This document shows, piece by piece, positions 28,386 through 38,621 of a stretch of 64,000 nucleotides of DNA. The position numbers and the translations under genes were made by a program. The stretch spans positions 2,157-66,156 of the forward strand of contig DFFP01000025.1 of the NCBI GenBank assembly GCA_002372275.1, given 5' to 3'. Under the pieces are notes generated by a model. The model had not been told where the DNA came from, did not search any database, and was given only the letters and a program-made list of their open reading frames with translations. The stretch's first letter is position 1; every line of letters begins with the position of its first letter. Source of the stretch: Alphaproteobacteria bacterium UBA3773 (lineage in GTDB: Bacteria; Pseudomonadota; Alphaproteobacteria; RF32; CAG-239).

Positions 28386-31085
28386 TTAACTTTTATTTTC
28401 ACTATATAAAACTTTTAATTCATATAATTTATCTAAGGCTTCGCGCGGGGTTAAGTTATCCGGATTGAGCTTTTCGAGCATATCATACAAAGGAGAGTTT
28501 TCTTTTTTATGTTCTGTTTCATTTGTTTTGATAAAAGAACTGAAAAGAGGCAAATCATCTTCAATATGCGCAATTTTTTGGCTACTTCCTTGTTTTTCAA
28601 GCGTTTTTAAGATTTGTTCGGCGCGTTTAATTGTGAGTTTTGGCAGACCGGCCAGTTTGGCAACATGGATTCCGTATGAGCGATCGGCTGTGCCGTCAAT
28701 CACTTCGTGCATAAAAACAACGTTTCCTTCAAATTCTTTGATTTTCATGGCGTGAAGCGTTAAAGCTTTTAATTTTTCTTTTAACACGGTCAGCTCGTGA
28801 TAGTGGGTCGCAAAAAGTGTGCGGCAATGATTGATTTCGTGCAAATGCTCAACAACCGACCAGGCAATCGACAGACCGTCATAGGTGGCCGTTCCGCGCC
28901 CGATTTCATCTAAAATCACAAAAGAGCGCTCGGTCGCGTTGTTTAAAATGGTTGCCGTTTCAACCATTTCGACCATAAAAGTCGATCGGCCTTGTGAAAG
29001 ATCATCTGAAGCACCGACACGTGAAAAAACTTTATCGATAATGCCGATATGAGCAAATGAGGCCGGCACATATAGCCCTGTTTGTGCCATAATGGCAATG
29101 ATGGCGTTTTGACGCAGAAAAGTTGATTTTCCGGCCATGTTCGGGCCTGTGATAAGCCAAATTCGGTCGTTTTCGGCGCTTAAAAAACAATTGTTTGTCA
29201 CAAAAGGACCATCATGAGTTTTATTTAAGGCGTTTTCAACCACCACATGGCGTCCGTCCTTAATTTCAAAAACAAGGGAATGATCAATAACCGGTCTGAC
29301 ATATCCGTGCTTTAAGGCAGACATGGCAGACGCTGAGGCGACATCAAGTTTGGCATAAATAAGTGCCAGCTTTGAAATATCATCGGCTCTGGCTAAAATT
29401 TTAAGCGTTAAATCTTGATATGTTTCAAGTTCCGCATTTAAGATTTTTTCATCAAGTGAAGAGATTTTTTGCTCTAAATCAGAAAGTTCTGCCGTGGTGT
29501 AACGAAGAGCATTTAAGACGGTTTGTTTGTGGATAAATTTGCTGTTTTTGGAAACAATGTCAACAAACCTGTTCGGGACTTCAAGATAACGGCCGGCAAT
29601 GCTGTTATATTTGATTTTAAGGTTTGGAATACCAAGCTCAATACTATATGCTTTTTCAAGATTTGAAATCAGCTCAGATGAGTGGTTTTTGTAGTTTTTT
29701 AATTCATCTATGGTCGGGTTAAAGCCATCTTTGATAAAATCGCCGTCGCGCGTTAAGGTCGGCAGGTCGTCATAATCTTTCAGCGCCCGATCAAGCTCAT
29801 CGGCAAGGGCGCTGAAATCGGATATTTCAGACAGCATTTTTTGAATAGATAAAGGAATATCCGTGACCAGTGTTTTGAAAATGCCGAAATTGTTAATCAG
29901 GTTTCGAATTTTCGGGGCATATAAAAGAGCGGTTTTAAGCGCAAACATATCTTTCGGACCGCCTCTTTTTAAGGCCAGTCTCGAAACGACACGTTCCATA
30001 TCCGTTATTTGTTTCAAATAAGAACGCAGTTCTTTTTGAAGTTCGGGAATATTAAAGAAAAATTGAACGGCATCTAAACGGTTGTTAATTTCGTTTTCAT
30101 CGGTTGACGGGGAAAGCAGACGGCTTAAAAATAAACGCGCACCGGCACCCGTGACCGTTTCGTCGATATTGAAAAGAAGTGAAGATTTTTTGTCGCCGCC
30201 GAACCCCTCAAAAAGTTCTAAATTTCGGCGAGATGACGGATCTATTTCCATTAGATTTGAAGCATTTTGACATTTTAGGTTTTTGATGTGCGGTTTTTCT
30301 TGAATTTGCGTGGTGCATATATAATCAAGCAAAACCCCGGCTGCTGAAATTTCAGCCTTTGAAAGAGAACCGAATATATCAAGGCTTGAAACGGCAAAAA
30401 ATGATAAAATCGTTTTTTTGGCGTTTTCAAAGTTAAAACGATTAAAAGGCAAAACAGTTAATCTGTTTTGATACGCACTTAAAACCTTAAAAGCACTTTG
30501 ATTGGCGTAAAGAGCATCGGAGATGATAATTTCACTCGGGTTAATATTTGTGAAAAAATGATAAAGTATGTCGGCATAAGAATGTGATAAAACGGGAATT
30601 TTTTGAGAGAAAAAATCACCGGTCGACAAATCAAGCCACGAAAAACCAAAAATATCATCGTTTAAGGCAACACTCATCAGATAATTGTTTTGTCTGGCAT
30701 CAAGAAGCGTGTCTTCGGTTAAAGTTCCTGAGGTGACAAGGCGGATCACTTCGCGTTTGACAAGAGCACTGCGTCCGCGCTTTTTGGCTTCTTCGGGCGT
30801 TTCCGTTTGTTCGGCGATAGCTACCTTAAAACCTTGTTTAATCAGTCGCGCCAGATAATTTTCGTAAGCGTGAAACGGAACGCCGCACATCGGAATTTTT
30901 TTCCCCTTATAAGTGCCTCTGTGCGTAAGGACTAAATCAAGTGCTTGCGAGGCTTTGACGGCATCTTCAAAAAAAAGTTCGTAAAAATCACCCATGCGGT
31001 AAAAAACAAGGTATTCTTTATATTGATTTTTAATGTCAAGATATTGCTGAGTCGATGGATTTACTTTTTCTTCCGATATTGCCAT
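28386..31085 (-). CDS. mutS: DNA mismatch repair protein MutS
   Basis: N-terminal mismatch-binding TPSTQQYLDIKNQY..FYRMGDFYELFFEDA. Walker A GPNMAGKSTFLRQ. DEIGRGT. 899 aa. Confidence 0.97.
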   Translation of the reverse strand: MAISEEKVNPSTQQYLDIKNQYKEYLVFYRMGDFYELFFEDAVKASQALDLVLTHRGTYKGKKIPMCGVPFHAYENYLARLIKQGFKVAIAEQTETPEEAKKRGRSALVKREVIRLVTSGTLTEDTLLDARQNNYLMSVALNDDIFGFSWLDLSTGDFFSQKIPVLSHSYADILYHFFTNINPSEIIISDALYANQSAFKVLSAYQNRLTVLPFNRFNFENAKKTILSFFAVSSLDIFGSLSKAEISAAGVLLDYICTTQIQEKPHIKNLKCQNASNLMEIDPSSRRNLELFEGFGGDKKSSLLFNIDETVTGAGARLFLSRLLSPSTDENEINNRLDAVQFFFNIPELQKELRSYLKQITDMERVVSRLALKRGGPKDMFALKTALLYAPKIRNLINNFGIFKTLVTDIPLSIQKMLSEISDFSALADELDRALKDYDDLPTLTRDGDFIKDGFNPTIDELKNYKNHSSELISNLEKAYSIELGIPNLKIKYNSIAGRYLEVPNRFVDIVSKNSKFIHKQTVLNALRYTTAELSDLEQKISSLDEKILNAELETYQDLTLKILARADDISKLALIYAKLDVASASAMSALKHGYVRPVIDHSLVFEIKDGRHVVVENALNKTHDGPFVTNNCFLSAENDRIWLITGPNMAGKSTFLRQNAIIAIMAQTGLYVPASFAHIGIIDKVFSRVGASDDLSQGRSTFMVEMVETATILNNATERSFVILDEIGRGTATYDGLSIAWSVVEHLHEINHCRTLFATHYHELTVLKEKLKALTLHAMKIKEFEGNVVFMHEVIDGTADRSYGIHVAKLAGLPKLTIKRAEQILKTLEKQGSSQKIAHIEDDLPLFSSFIKTNETEHKKENSPLYDMLEKLNPDNLTPREALDKLYELKVLYSENKS

Positions 31086-31178
31086 GATGCGCGCTTTTCT
31101 TAAATGAATTTAAACTTGCCTTATTGTAATATATTTTATAATCTTGTCTATATTTTTATTTTAAAACGGAGAAAAAGT

Positions 31179-32588
31179 GTGTTTAAAAAATTTCATATTT
31201 TTGAAATTGACCAAAATTCGAATTTTTTATTTAAGATATTTGTGCTATCCGTTCCGTCGGCGATTGTGCTTCTTGTGTTGGCTGTCAGTAATTTTTTATC
31301 GCCGCTTTCGGCTATTTTGGCTTATGGTGCGATCATCGTTTTTAATATGCTTCTGATTCTTCCGATTTCGATCGAATTGCAAAAACTGAAAAAATATATC
31401 AACAGCCTCGGTGAAGAAGACAATCCGGAGATTATTTTATCTGAAAAAGAAGTGAAAGAAATTGCAAATGCGGCTAAATCGTTACACCAAAATTTCAGAG
31501 CTGAAGCAGATGCCTTAAAAGCAAAGGCTGTTTCGGATACGGCGGTTTTGGACACACTTCCTGATCCGATTTTGATGATGGACAGATCAGGCAATATTTT
31601 ACAAGCCAATACAGCTGCAATAACACTTCTCGGAAATGTAAAAGATCAGAATGTTGAGAAAATTTTTAACTCTGAACGTGCATATGAGGCCATTTCAAAA
31701 ATAAGAAAAGAAGAAAGCGATTCGCAAAGCATCGCTTTTTATCTTTCGGAGCCGATAAATAAAAAAATGTATGCACACATCAAAAAATTGCCGTGGTCGC
31801 CGATTAGCCGCGCGTTTGCCGTAATCTCACTTTATGATTTAACAAAAGCTATCAAACTTGAAAAAATGCAATCGGATTTTGTGGCTAACGCCAGCCACGA
31901 ACTCAGAACACCGCTTGCCGTCATTGCGGGCTTTATTGAAACACTTCAGACATCAGCCAAAGATGATGAAAATGCCAGAGAGCAATTTTTGAAGATTATG
32001 GCCGGACAAGCTTCTTTTATGTCGGATTTGATTGAAAATCTGCTCTCGCTTTCAAGAATCGAACTCTCGCAAGATGAGCCGCTGAAAGATAAAATTGATG
32101 TGGCTAAAATTGTTAAAGAAGTTTCAGATGCCTTAAAATTAAAAGCTGAAAGCCAAAATATGAAAATTGTGATTGATATGCCCCAGAAAATTTCTAAAAT
32201 TACGGCAGACGGGGGACAAATTAAGCAACTTATTCAAAATCTGACGGATAATGCTATTAAATACGGCCTCAAAAATTCTGAGGTGACAATCAGTGTGAAA
32301 GTGGCAGATAAAATTCCGGCTTCAAAAAGTATGCATATTTCAAAAGGTAAAGCCGTTGTCGTTTCAATCAACAACAAAGGCCCAAAAATAGATGCCGAAA
32401 AACTTTCAAGACTAACGGAGCGCTTTTATCGCCTGCAGGAACATAAAGATCTCGGGATTAAAGGAACAGGTCTCGGACTTTCGATTGCTAAACAAATTGT
32501 GATGCACCACAGAGGAAATATCACCGTTTCATCAACAAGTAAAAACGGTACGACTTTCAGTGTTTATTTGCCGTTTAACCCGAAATAA
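31179..32588 (+). CDS. PAS-domain sensor histidine kinase (PhoR-like)
   Basis: Two N-terminal TM segments, then a PAS region. H-box FVANASHELRTPL, N-box NLTDNAIKYG, G-box GTGLGLSIAKQIV. The GTG at 31179 with GGAG upstream is preferred; the ORF is open from 31104. Confidence 0.85.
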   Translation: MFKKFHIFEIDQNSNFLFKIFVLSVPSAIVLLVLAVSNFLSPLSAILAYGAIIVFNMLLILPISIELQKLKKYINSLGEEDNPEIILSEKEVKEIANAAKSLHQNFRAEADALKAKAVSDTAVLDTLPDPILMMDRSGNILQANTAAITLLGNVKDQNVEKIFNSERAYEAISKIRKEESDSQSIAFYLSEPINKKMYAHIKKLPWSPISRAFAVISLYDLTKAIKLEKMQSDFVANASHELRTPLAVIAGFIETLQTSAKDDENAREQFLKIMAGQASFMSDLIENLLSLSRIELSQDEPLKDKIDVAKIVKEVSDALKLKAESQNMKIVIDMPQKISKITADGGQIKQLIQNLTDNAIKYGLKNSEVTISVKVADKIPASKSMHISKGKAVVVSINNKGPKIDAEKLSRLTERFYRLQEHKDLGIKGTGLGLSIAKQIVMHHRGNITVSSTSKNGTTFSVYLPFNPK

Positions 32589-33517
32589 AAGCTTTCGATA
32601 AAAGACATGATCTCAGTATGTTTTTTAAGATGTTGAAGTAAAAGCCAGCTTTTTCTGGGGGATAAAAACAGTTTCGGAAAATAAAGTCTTCTGCTCAGCA
32701 GCCTTAAAAAATACATATTAACGCCGTATATCCAATCGTTTTTTTGGAGATGAAACGTTTCGGTAAATTCTTTGAAAATTAAAGAAAATAATTTTTTATT
32801 GTAGCGCCAGACGCTGTGTTGCAAAATAAGAGATAAGGCAAATTGTGCTAAATCTTCAATGGTATACCCAAGGCGCATCATTTCAAAATCAAGCATGATT
32901 AAATGGCCATTTTTTAAGATAAAATTATCGGGTTTTGTGTCGGCATGAATGATGACAGGGGTTGAGGAAAGAGTTGGCGTTTGCGAATAAATTTCTTCGA
33001 CATAAAACGATATTTTCGGTTCAATAAAGCGAAAAAATGAGTGTTTTTGTTGTTTTAATTTTTGTATGTTTTGAGAAATTTCGGATACTAAATCACTCGG
33101 TTTGATGATGGGTTTTAAAAATGAAGCCTGCGCCGGGGGACAAGAGGCTAAAATTTGTTCGCTTTTTTCAAAAGAAGACAGAATCGGAAATGAAAGATTT
33201 GAAAGCGATAAACGGTGTCCTTCAATGAAATTTGCAAGTAATAAAATATGGTCTTGACAGATATAAAATTGATTATTGATAAAATGAGGTGTGTAAGAAA
33301 AATTAATTTCTTGTAAAAAGCGATCAATCAAAAGAAGTTGTTCGGCACGATTTGTTGAGATATCTGAAAGAGGAAAAACTTTTAAAAGATAAGAACCTTT
33401 TGGAGTGTCAAGACGATAATTTTTTGAAGTTCCGCCACGATGAAGCGGGCGAATTTTTTCAATTAAGAAATGTAAAATTTCGGTTTCGATATATTGTACG
33501 ATTGAGGGTTTCAGCAT
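32564..33517 (-). CDS. Aminoglycoside/choline-kinase-like phosphotransferase family protein
   Basis: Brenner-type catalytic loop IIHADTKPDNFIL followed by MLDFE. 317 aa. Its 3' end overlaps the kinase gene convergently. Confidence 0.6.
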   Translation of the reverse strand: MLKPSIVQYIETEILHFLIEKIRPLHRGGTSKNYRLDTPKGSYLLKVFPLSDISTNRAEQLLLIDRFLQEINFSYTPHFINNQFYICQDHILLLANFIEGHRLSLSNLSFPILSSFEKSEQILASCPPAQASFLKPIIKPSDLVSEISQNIQKLKQQKHSFFRFIEPKISFYVEEIYSQTPTLSSTPVIIHADTKPDNFILKNGHLIMLDFEMMRLGYTIEDLAQFALSLILQHSVWRYNKKLFSLIFKEFTETFHLQKNDWIYGVNMYFLRLLSRRLYFPKLFLSPRKSWLLLQHLKKHTEIMSFIESFYFGLNGK

Positions 33518-33561
33518 GGTTTTTTTTATATCACTTTTGAATGGATTGTAAAATGAAAAGT

Positions 33562-35331
33562 TTAATTTGTTTCAAGCATTGTTTTTTTAAGAATATCAGA
33601 CGTTAAAATTTGAGGCAGAATTGTATATTGTTCTTTTGTGGCTCCTTTGGGGTAAAAAACATATAAGGGGACACTGCTGCGAGAATAAAATTTAAGAGCT
33701 TCATATATTGAAGAATCTTTATTGGTCCAGTCGGCTTTGAAAAGCTTGATGTTTTGATTTTTAGAAAGCTGGCGAAATGATTGCGTGTCTAAAGTTGTTT
33801 TTTCATTAAACAAGCACGTTAAGCACCATTTGGCCGTAAAATCAATGAAGACGGCATCGCCTCGATTTAAGGATTCTTCAAGTTTTTGGATTGAAAAAGG
33901 TTCAAAAGAGTCTGTTTTTGATGAATTTGAAAGCTCATGAAAAAGAACCCATCCGAGCCATATAACCGTCAGCAAAATCGGCACAGATAAAATGTATTTG
34001 AGGCGTTCCATCCACTTGCCGGGGGCAGGGAGGATCTTTTTTAAGAAACCGGGAAACAATTCAAGAAGTGTGAAAGGAAGCGCATAGCCGAACCCTAAGC
34101 TTAAAAAAATCGGAAAATAAACAGACGGTTTTTCAAATAAAGCATAGCCGATGGCGGCGCCCATAAAAGGACCGGTGCAGGGGGTGGCTATCAGGACGGC
34201 AAAAAATCCGGCTAAAAATGAGTTGAGAGATGAAGCTTTTGTGAAAAAATTGATAAAAGGCATTTCAATTTTTAAAATGTTCCATAAATAAAGCAAAATA
34301 AGGATGAATAAAACGAGGATGAGAGCAACAAATAAGGGGGATTGAAGCTGAAATCCCCATCCTAAATAAGCGCCGCTCTTTTTAAATAAATATAGTACAA
34401 AACAAATCGATAAAAAGGAAAGTAACACCCCACACATATATAAAGCGCCGTTTTGAAAACGTTTGGAAAAAGAAGTGTCCGAAGAGGCTAAAAACAGGGC
34501 TTTGAGGCTTAAGACAGGAAAAACGCACGGCATTAAATTTAAGATCATACCCCCGATGAAAGCAAGCAAAAGAAGCCACAGAAAATGAGGCGTTTGTTGT
34601 ATAACGGGGGCGATATAAACCTGATTTTGTGTGCGTATGATGACCTCATCCGGCAAAACGGGGTTGATTAAATCCTCAATAATGACTTTGCTCTTTTTGC
34701 CTTTTTTGATTATTTTTTGTTTGGAATCCGTCGGGATAATATCGGGGCTGGCAGAAATGAGAGATAAAATATCATCATCAAGTGTTATATCTAAGAATAA
34801 GTGACCGTTTTTGAGGGTTGCTTCAATAGGTTTTTCGAGTTTTTTCGGAAAAGTTTTTTCAGCTTTTTTTTGCGTTTTTTCAAACAAAGGAGATGTTTCT
34901 TTTAAGATATCAATTTGAAGTTCTTCGGGAATACACTCGTCTTTGCAGGCAGTCCAAGAAAGAAAAAGAGACGGGGTTTTAGTTAGCTCAGAAAGATGAA
35001 ATAAATAATACGCTTCGTTTGAATAACCGTATTGTGTTAAAATTTCTTCGTATAAAAATTCTTCAGGCACAGATGAGGCAACAAAAAAAGCTTTGGCATT
35101 TTGAAAATTAAATTGCGTCGGCACACCGGCATCTCCGGGGTTTTGCCACGAAATATGCCAACCGTTTTTTAAAGAAAATTTGAAGAGAATGTCAAGTGTT
35201 TCGTTTGTGTTTATTTTAGAAAAAGATTCGATTTTAAGTTTGTTGTTTTCAAAAGTAAAAGCATTTGCTTTTGAAATAAACAACAAGCAAATCATGAAAA
35301 AAAAATATATGCCGTATCTTATACTTTTCAC
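33562..35331 (-). CDS. dsbD: Thiol:disulfide interchange protein DsbD/ScsB family
   Basis: N-terminal domain GWHISWQNPGDAGVP. TM core with CVFPVLSLK and ATPCTGPF. C-terminal thioredoxin-like FTAKWCLTC. Confidence 0.8.
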   Translation of the reverse strand: MKSIRYGIYFFFMICLLFISKANAFTFENNKLKIESFSKINTNETLDILFKFSLKNGWHISWQNPGDAGVPTQFNFQNAKAFFVASSVPEEFLYEEILTQYGYSNEAYYLFHLSELTKTPSLFLSWTACKDECIPEELQIDILKETSPLFEKTQKKAEKTFPKKLEKPIEATLKNGHLFLDITLDDDILSLISASPDIIPTDSKQKIIKKGKKSKVIIEDLINPVLPDEVIIRTQNQVYIAPVIQQTPHFLWLLLLAFIGGMILNLMPCVFPVLSLKALFLASSDTSFSKRFQNGALYMCGVLLSFLSICFVLYLFKKSGAYLGWGFQLQSPLFVALILVLFILILLYLWNILKIEMPFINFFTKASSLNSFLAGFFAVLIATPCTGPFMGAAIGYALFEKPSVYFPIFLSLGFGYALPFTLLELFPGFLKKILPAPGKWMERLKYILSVPILLTVIWLGWVLFHELSNSSKTDSFEPFSIQKLEESLNRGDAVFIDFTAKWCLTCLFNEKTTLDTQSFRQLSKNQNIKLFKADWTNKDSSIYEALKFYSRSSVPLYVFYPKGATKEQYTILPQILTSDILKKTMLETN

Positions 35332-35399
35332 TTTTTAACCTTCTTTTGGAAATATAGTCATTGATTTACTAAAAAGTGATAAAGATTTTTTTAAAAAAG

Positions 35400-36131
35400 T
35401 TATTTTTTCAATGTTCGGGCGATGGTTAAGGTGTCAACGCTTTGGGCGCCTGCTTTTAAGAGTGTTTTGGCGCACTCATTTAAGGTGCTGCCCGTTGTCA
35501 TCACATCATCGATTAAAAGAATGCGTTTCCCTTTGATTTGATTGGGATTTTTCACGGCATAGGCATTTTTGATGTTTGTTAATCGAAGGTTTTCACTTAA
35601 AGCCGCTTGAGGCTTTGTGTGGCGGATTTTAATTAAGGTGTGCGGTAAAACTTCAACATTAATCAGTTTTGAAAGGTCATAAGCTAAAAGAGCGGACTGA
35701 TTATATTTTCTTTTTAATATTCTTTGAAAAGAAAGCGGCACCGGCACCATCACATCTACGCCTTTTTCGAAAATATCGGCTCCGGCTACTTTGAGCCACT
35801 TGGCAAAGAGTTTGGAAAGAAAAATTTTATCATTAAACTTAAAATCAAGTAATGTTTTTTTGGAAAAATCATCATAAACAATACAGCTTCGATGAAGCCG
35901 CGTGATGGGCTTTTTTGAAAGGCAATCGGGGCAAATCAAATGAGAAGAGGAGGCTAGCTCTGTTCCTGTTTCAAAAGGTGTGCCGCAAATTTGACAATAT
36001 GGCGCACTGATAAAATGAAGCTTTGAAAAACATTCGGTGCAAATGCTGTGTTCGCTTTCGATAATTTTGCCGCAATAAGCACAACGATTCGGTAAAATCA
36101 GATTCAGAAGTGTTTTAAGTATTAAAATCAT
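35400..36131 (-). CDS. comF: ComF-family phosphoribosyltransferase-domain protein
   Basis: N-terminal double Cys pairs (CAYCG...CTEC, CQICG...CPDC). C-terminal PRTase motif ILLIDDVMTTGSTL. Confidence 0.75.
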   Translation of the reverse strand: MILILKTLLNLILPNRCAYCGKIIESEHSICTECFSKLHFISAPYCQICGTPFETGTELASSSHLICPDCLSKKPITRLHRSCIVYDDFSKKTLLDFKFNDKIFLSKLFAKWLKVAGADIFEKGVDVMVPVPLSFQRILKRKYNQSALLAYDLSKLINVEVLPHTLIKIRHTKPQAALSENLRLTNIKNAYAVKNPNQIKGKRILLIDDVMTTGSTLNECAKTLLKAGAQSVDTLTIARTLKK

Positions 36132-36991
36132 ATCAAATTTTTTAAGGCAAGGTGTAAATCATCGATGTTGTCAATCACGGTTGCACCGGCATTTTTAAAA
36201 AGTTGTTTTTTATCTTGGGCCGTGACTTTGCCGTGTGTCAAGATATCGCTTGCATATCCCATATCGTTTTCTTCTTCAAAGCCCGTAATATAAACAATCA
36301 GCGGTTTTTTATTTTTCGCTTTTTGATAAAACTCGGCAGCTTCTTGTTCGTATGTGGCGCCGGTTGTGCCGATTAAAACAACGGCTTTGGTTTGCTCGTC
36401 ACTGAAAAATAAATCAAGCAAAGGATTAAACGAGGTGCCTGCAATCATATCGTCGCCGATGCCGATGACGGTGCTTTGCCCAAGTCCTGCACGATTTGTT
36501 TCTAAAATAGCTTCATAGGCAAGTGTGGATGAGCGCGAAATAATACCGATGGAGCCTTGTTGGCATATTCCTTCGGGAAATACACCTAAACAGGCCTCAT
36601 TCGGGGTAATGATTCCGGGTGTGTTCGGGCCGATAAAAACAGCACCGCATTTTTTGATTTTTTGATGAATCTCTAAAATATCTAAAATCGGTACACCGTA
36701 CGCAATGGAGACAATCAGTTTGATCCCCTCGTTTAAGGCTTCGAAAACAGCCGACTTAACACTGCCCGCCGGCACAAATAAAAGACTGGCGTTCGGGTGT
36801 GTCTTTTGAGCTGCCTCATGAACGGAAGAAAAAACAGGGACACCGAGATAAGATTTATCGCGTGCATTGGGCGAAACGCCTGCCACAACATTTGTGCCCA
36901 TGGAAATGACGCGTCTGGTGTGAAAAGAAGATTGAAGCCCCGTGATGCCCTGAATGAGAACGCGTGTGTTTTTATCTGCTAAAATAGACAT
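36128..36991 (-). CDS. sucD: Succinyl-CoA ligase alpha-subunit-like protein lacking the catalytic histidine
   Basis: Collinear with SucD along its length: MSILADKNTRVLIQGITGLQSSFH, GPNTPGIITP, SRSSTLAYE, GIGDDM. The phosphohistidine motif MGHAGAI reads MGYASDI (Tyr246, nt 36254-36256). Confidence 0.7.
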   Translation of the reverse strand: MSILADKNTRVLIQGITGLQSSFHTRRVISMGTNVVAGVSPNARDKSYLGVPVFSSVHEAAQKTHPNASLLFVPAGSVKSAVFEALNEGIKLIVSIAYGVPILDILEIHQKIKKCGAVFIGPNTPGIITPNEACLGVFPEGICQQGSIGIISRSSTLAYEAILETNRAGLGQSTVIGIGDDMIAGTSFNPLLDLFFSDEQTKAVVLIGTTGATYEQEAAEFYQKAKNKKPLIVYITGFEEENDMGYASDILTHGKVTAQDKKQLFKNAGATVIDNIDDLHLALKNLI

Positions 36992-38194
36992 TCAGTTGTT
37001 CTCCTTCATGGCTTTTATCAATTTATCGGCGGCGTCTTGAAGGCTGTCGGATGTGAGAAAATCAAAGTTGTTTTCTTGCAAAATTTCTTGAGCCATTTGT
37101 TTGTTTGTGCCTTCAAAGCGCGCAACAAGAGGCATGTTAAAACCGATTTCTTTAGAGGCGGCAATAATGCCGTCGGCAACCAAATTACACCTTAAAAATC
37201 CGCCCAAGATGTTAATTAAAATGCCTTCAACCATCGGATTTGTCATTAAAATTTTGAGGCTTTGTGCAATTTTATCTTCGTCAACACCGCCTTTGATATC
37301 TAAATAACAGGCTGTTTGATAACCGAGTTTTTCAAGATAATCACGCGCAGCTAAAGCAGGTCCGTCGCCGTTGACAATAAGCCCGATTGAGCCCGTATTA
37401 AATGTGTGATATTTAAAACCGCACCTGTTGGCACGCAAAACGTTTTCATCGACTTCATAGTCATCGTGCATCAAGACAACATCGGGGTGCCTGAAAAGGG
37501 CATTGTTATCAAAGGATATTTTGGCATCAAGCGCGATAAATTCATCGTTTTTGGTGATGCCGACCGGATTGATTTCAAGCATGGTGGCGTCTAAATTTAA
37601 GAAGGCTCTATAAAGGTTTTGAATCAATGTCGTGAGATTATTGTGGTATTTTTCACTCAAATTCAAAAATTTTAAAATTTGTAGTGTATCTTTTTTTTGT
37701 ACGCGGTGGTTGAGATGAAAGTGAATGCGTAAAATGGATTTTGGATCGTTTTTGGCCAACTCGACAATATTATCTGTGGCCCTTGAGACCAAAAGAGTAA
37801 TACAGGCTTTTATGCGATTGATGACAAAACTTAAATAAAAGGTTCGTTTCGCCACGCAAAACTCTTCGATATAGATTTTACTGACAAGTTTACCCTCTTT
37901 TCCGGTTTGGGGAGTCACAAGAGTATTGCCAATCATTTTTTCAGCAAAAAGGGGAATATCATTGAGTTTTTGAACAATACAAATGCCTGAAAGATTTTTG
38001 GTGTTATCTGATGTGAAATGTCCCGCTTTGCGCGCGCCGGACTGAATTTGAGCCTTTAAAACAAAAGGACCTGTTTTTGAAATTTTTTGCGCACGGCTTA
38101 AAGCCTCGCTCGGAGTATAGGCAATGGCGCCGTTTGGTATTTTGATTTTATATTTTTTTAAAAGTTTTTTAGCCTGATATTCGTGAATGTTCAT
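36992..38194 (-). CDS. sucC: Succinyl-CoA ligase beta-subunit-like protein (divergent)
   Basis: MNIHEYQAKKLLKKY, LEINPV, IVNGDGPALAARD, NILGGFLRCNLVADGII. The ATP-grasp Gly-rich loop is degenerate (AQIQSGARKAGHF). Confidence 0.72.
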   Translation of the reverse strand: MNIHEYQAKKLLKKYKIKIPNGAIAYTPSEALSRAQKISKTGPFVLKAQIQSGARKAGHFTSDNTKNLSGICIVQKLNDIPLFAEKMIGNTLVTPQTGKEGKLVSKIYIEEFCVAKRTFYLSFVINRIKACITLLVSRATDNIVELAKNDPKSILRIHFHLNHRVQKKDTLQILKFLNLSEKYHNNLTTLIQNLYRAFLNLDATMLEINPVGITKNDEFIALDAKISFDNNALFRHPDVVLMHDDYEVDENVLRANRCGFKYHTFNTGSIGLIVNGDGPALAARDYLEKLGYQTACYLDIKGGVDEDKIAQSLKILMTNPMVEGILINILGGFLRCNLVADGIIAASKEIGFNMPLVARFEGTNKQMAQEILQENNFDFLTSDSLQDAADKLIKAMKENN

Positions 38195-38610
38195 TGTTGT
38201 TGTGCTTCTGCTTTTATAGCGTATAAACGGATTTTTTCCACCATGGAAAGCATTCCGTTTCTGCGAGAAGAACTTAAATGTCCTTCCAAGCCCAGTGTAG
38301 CAAAAATTTTTTCAACTTCAATGTTTTTTATTTCATGAATGCTTTTTCCGTTATAAATGGCTTTTAAAACATAAATAATACCGCGAACCATCATGGCATC
38401 ACTGGTGGCCTTAAAATAGAATTTGCCGTCTTTGATTTCGGGCACCAGCCACACTTGTGACTGACAACCCGTAACCTTAAATTCATCTGTTTGAAAACAG
38501 GTATCCAAAGGTTCTAATTTTTCACCCAAATCAAGCAGGTATTGATATTTATCTTCCCATGATTCAAGAAAAGAAAAATTATCTGACAGTGTTTCAATAT
38601 TTTCCATCAT
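38191..38610 (-). CDS. sufE: Cysteine desulfuration protein SufE
   Basis: WEDKYQYLLDLG and the active-site context VTGCQSQVWL. 139 aa. Confidence 0.87.
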   Translation of the reverse strand: MMENIETLSDNFSFLESWEDKYQYLLDLGEKLEPLDTCFQTDEFKVTGCQSQVWLVPEIKDGKFYFKATSDAMMVRGIIYVLKAIYNGKSIHEIKNIEVEKIFATLGLEGHLSSSRRNGMLSMVEKIRLYAIKAEAQQQ

Positions 38611-38621
38611 CCTTATCCTTA

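Noticed and set aside
31104-31178. Upstream 25 codons of the histidine-kinase ORF (MNLNLPYCNIFYNLVYIFILKRRKS)
   Set aside because: This stretch begins only 18 nt from the divergent mutS start and has no SD. The GTG at 31179 has GGAG at the correct spacing. The choice remains uncertain.
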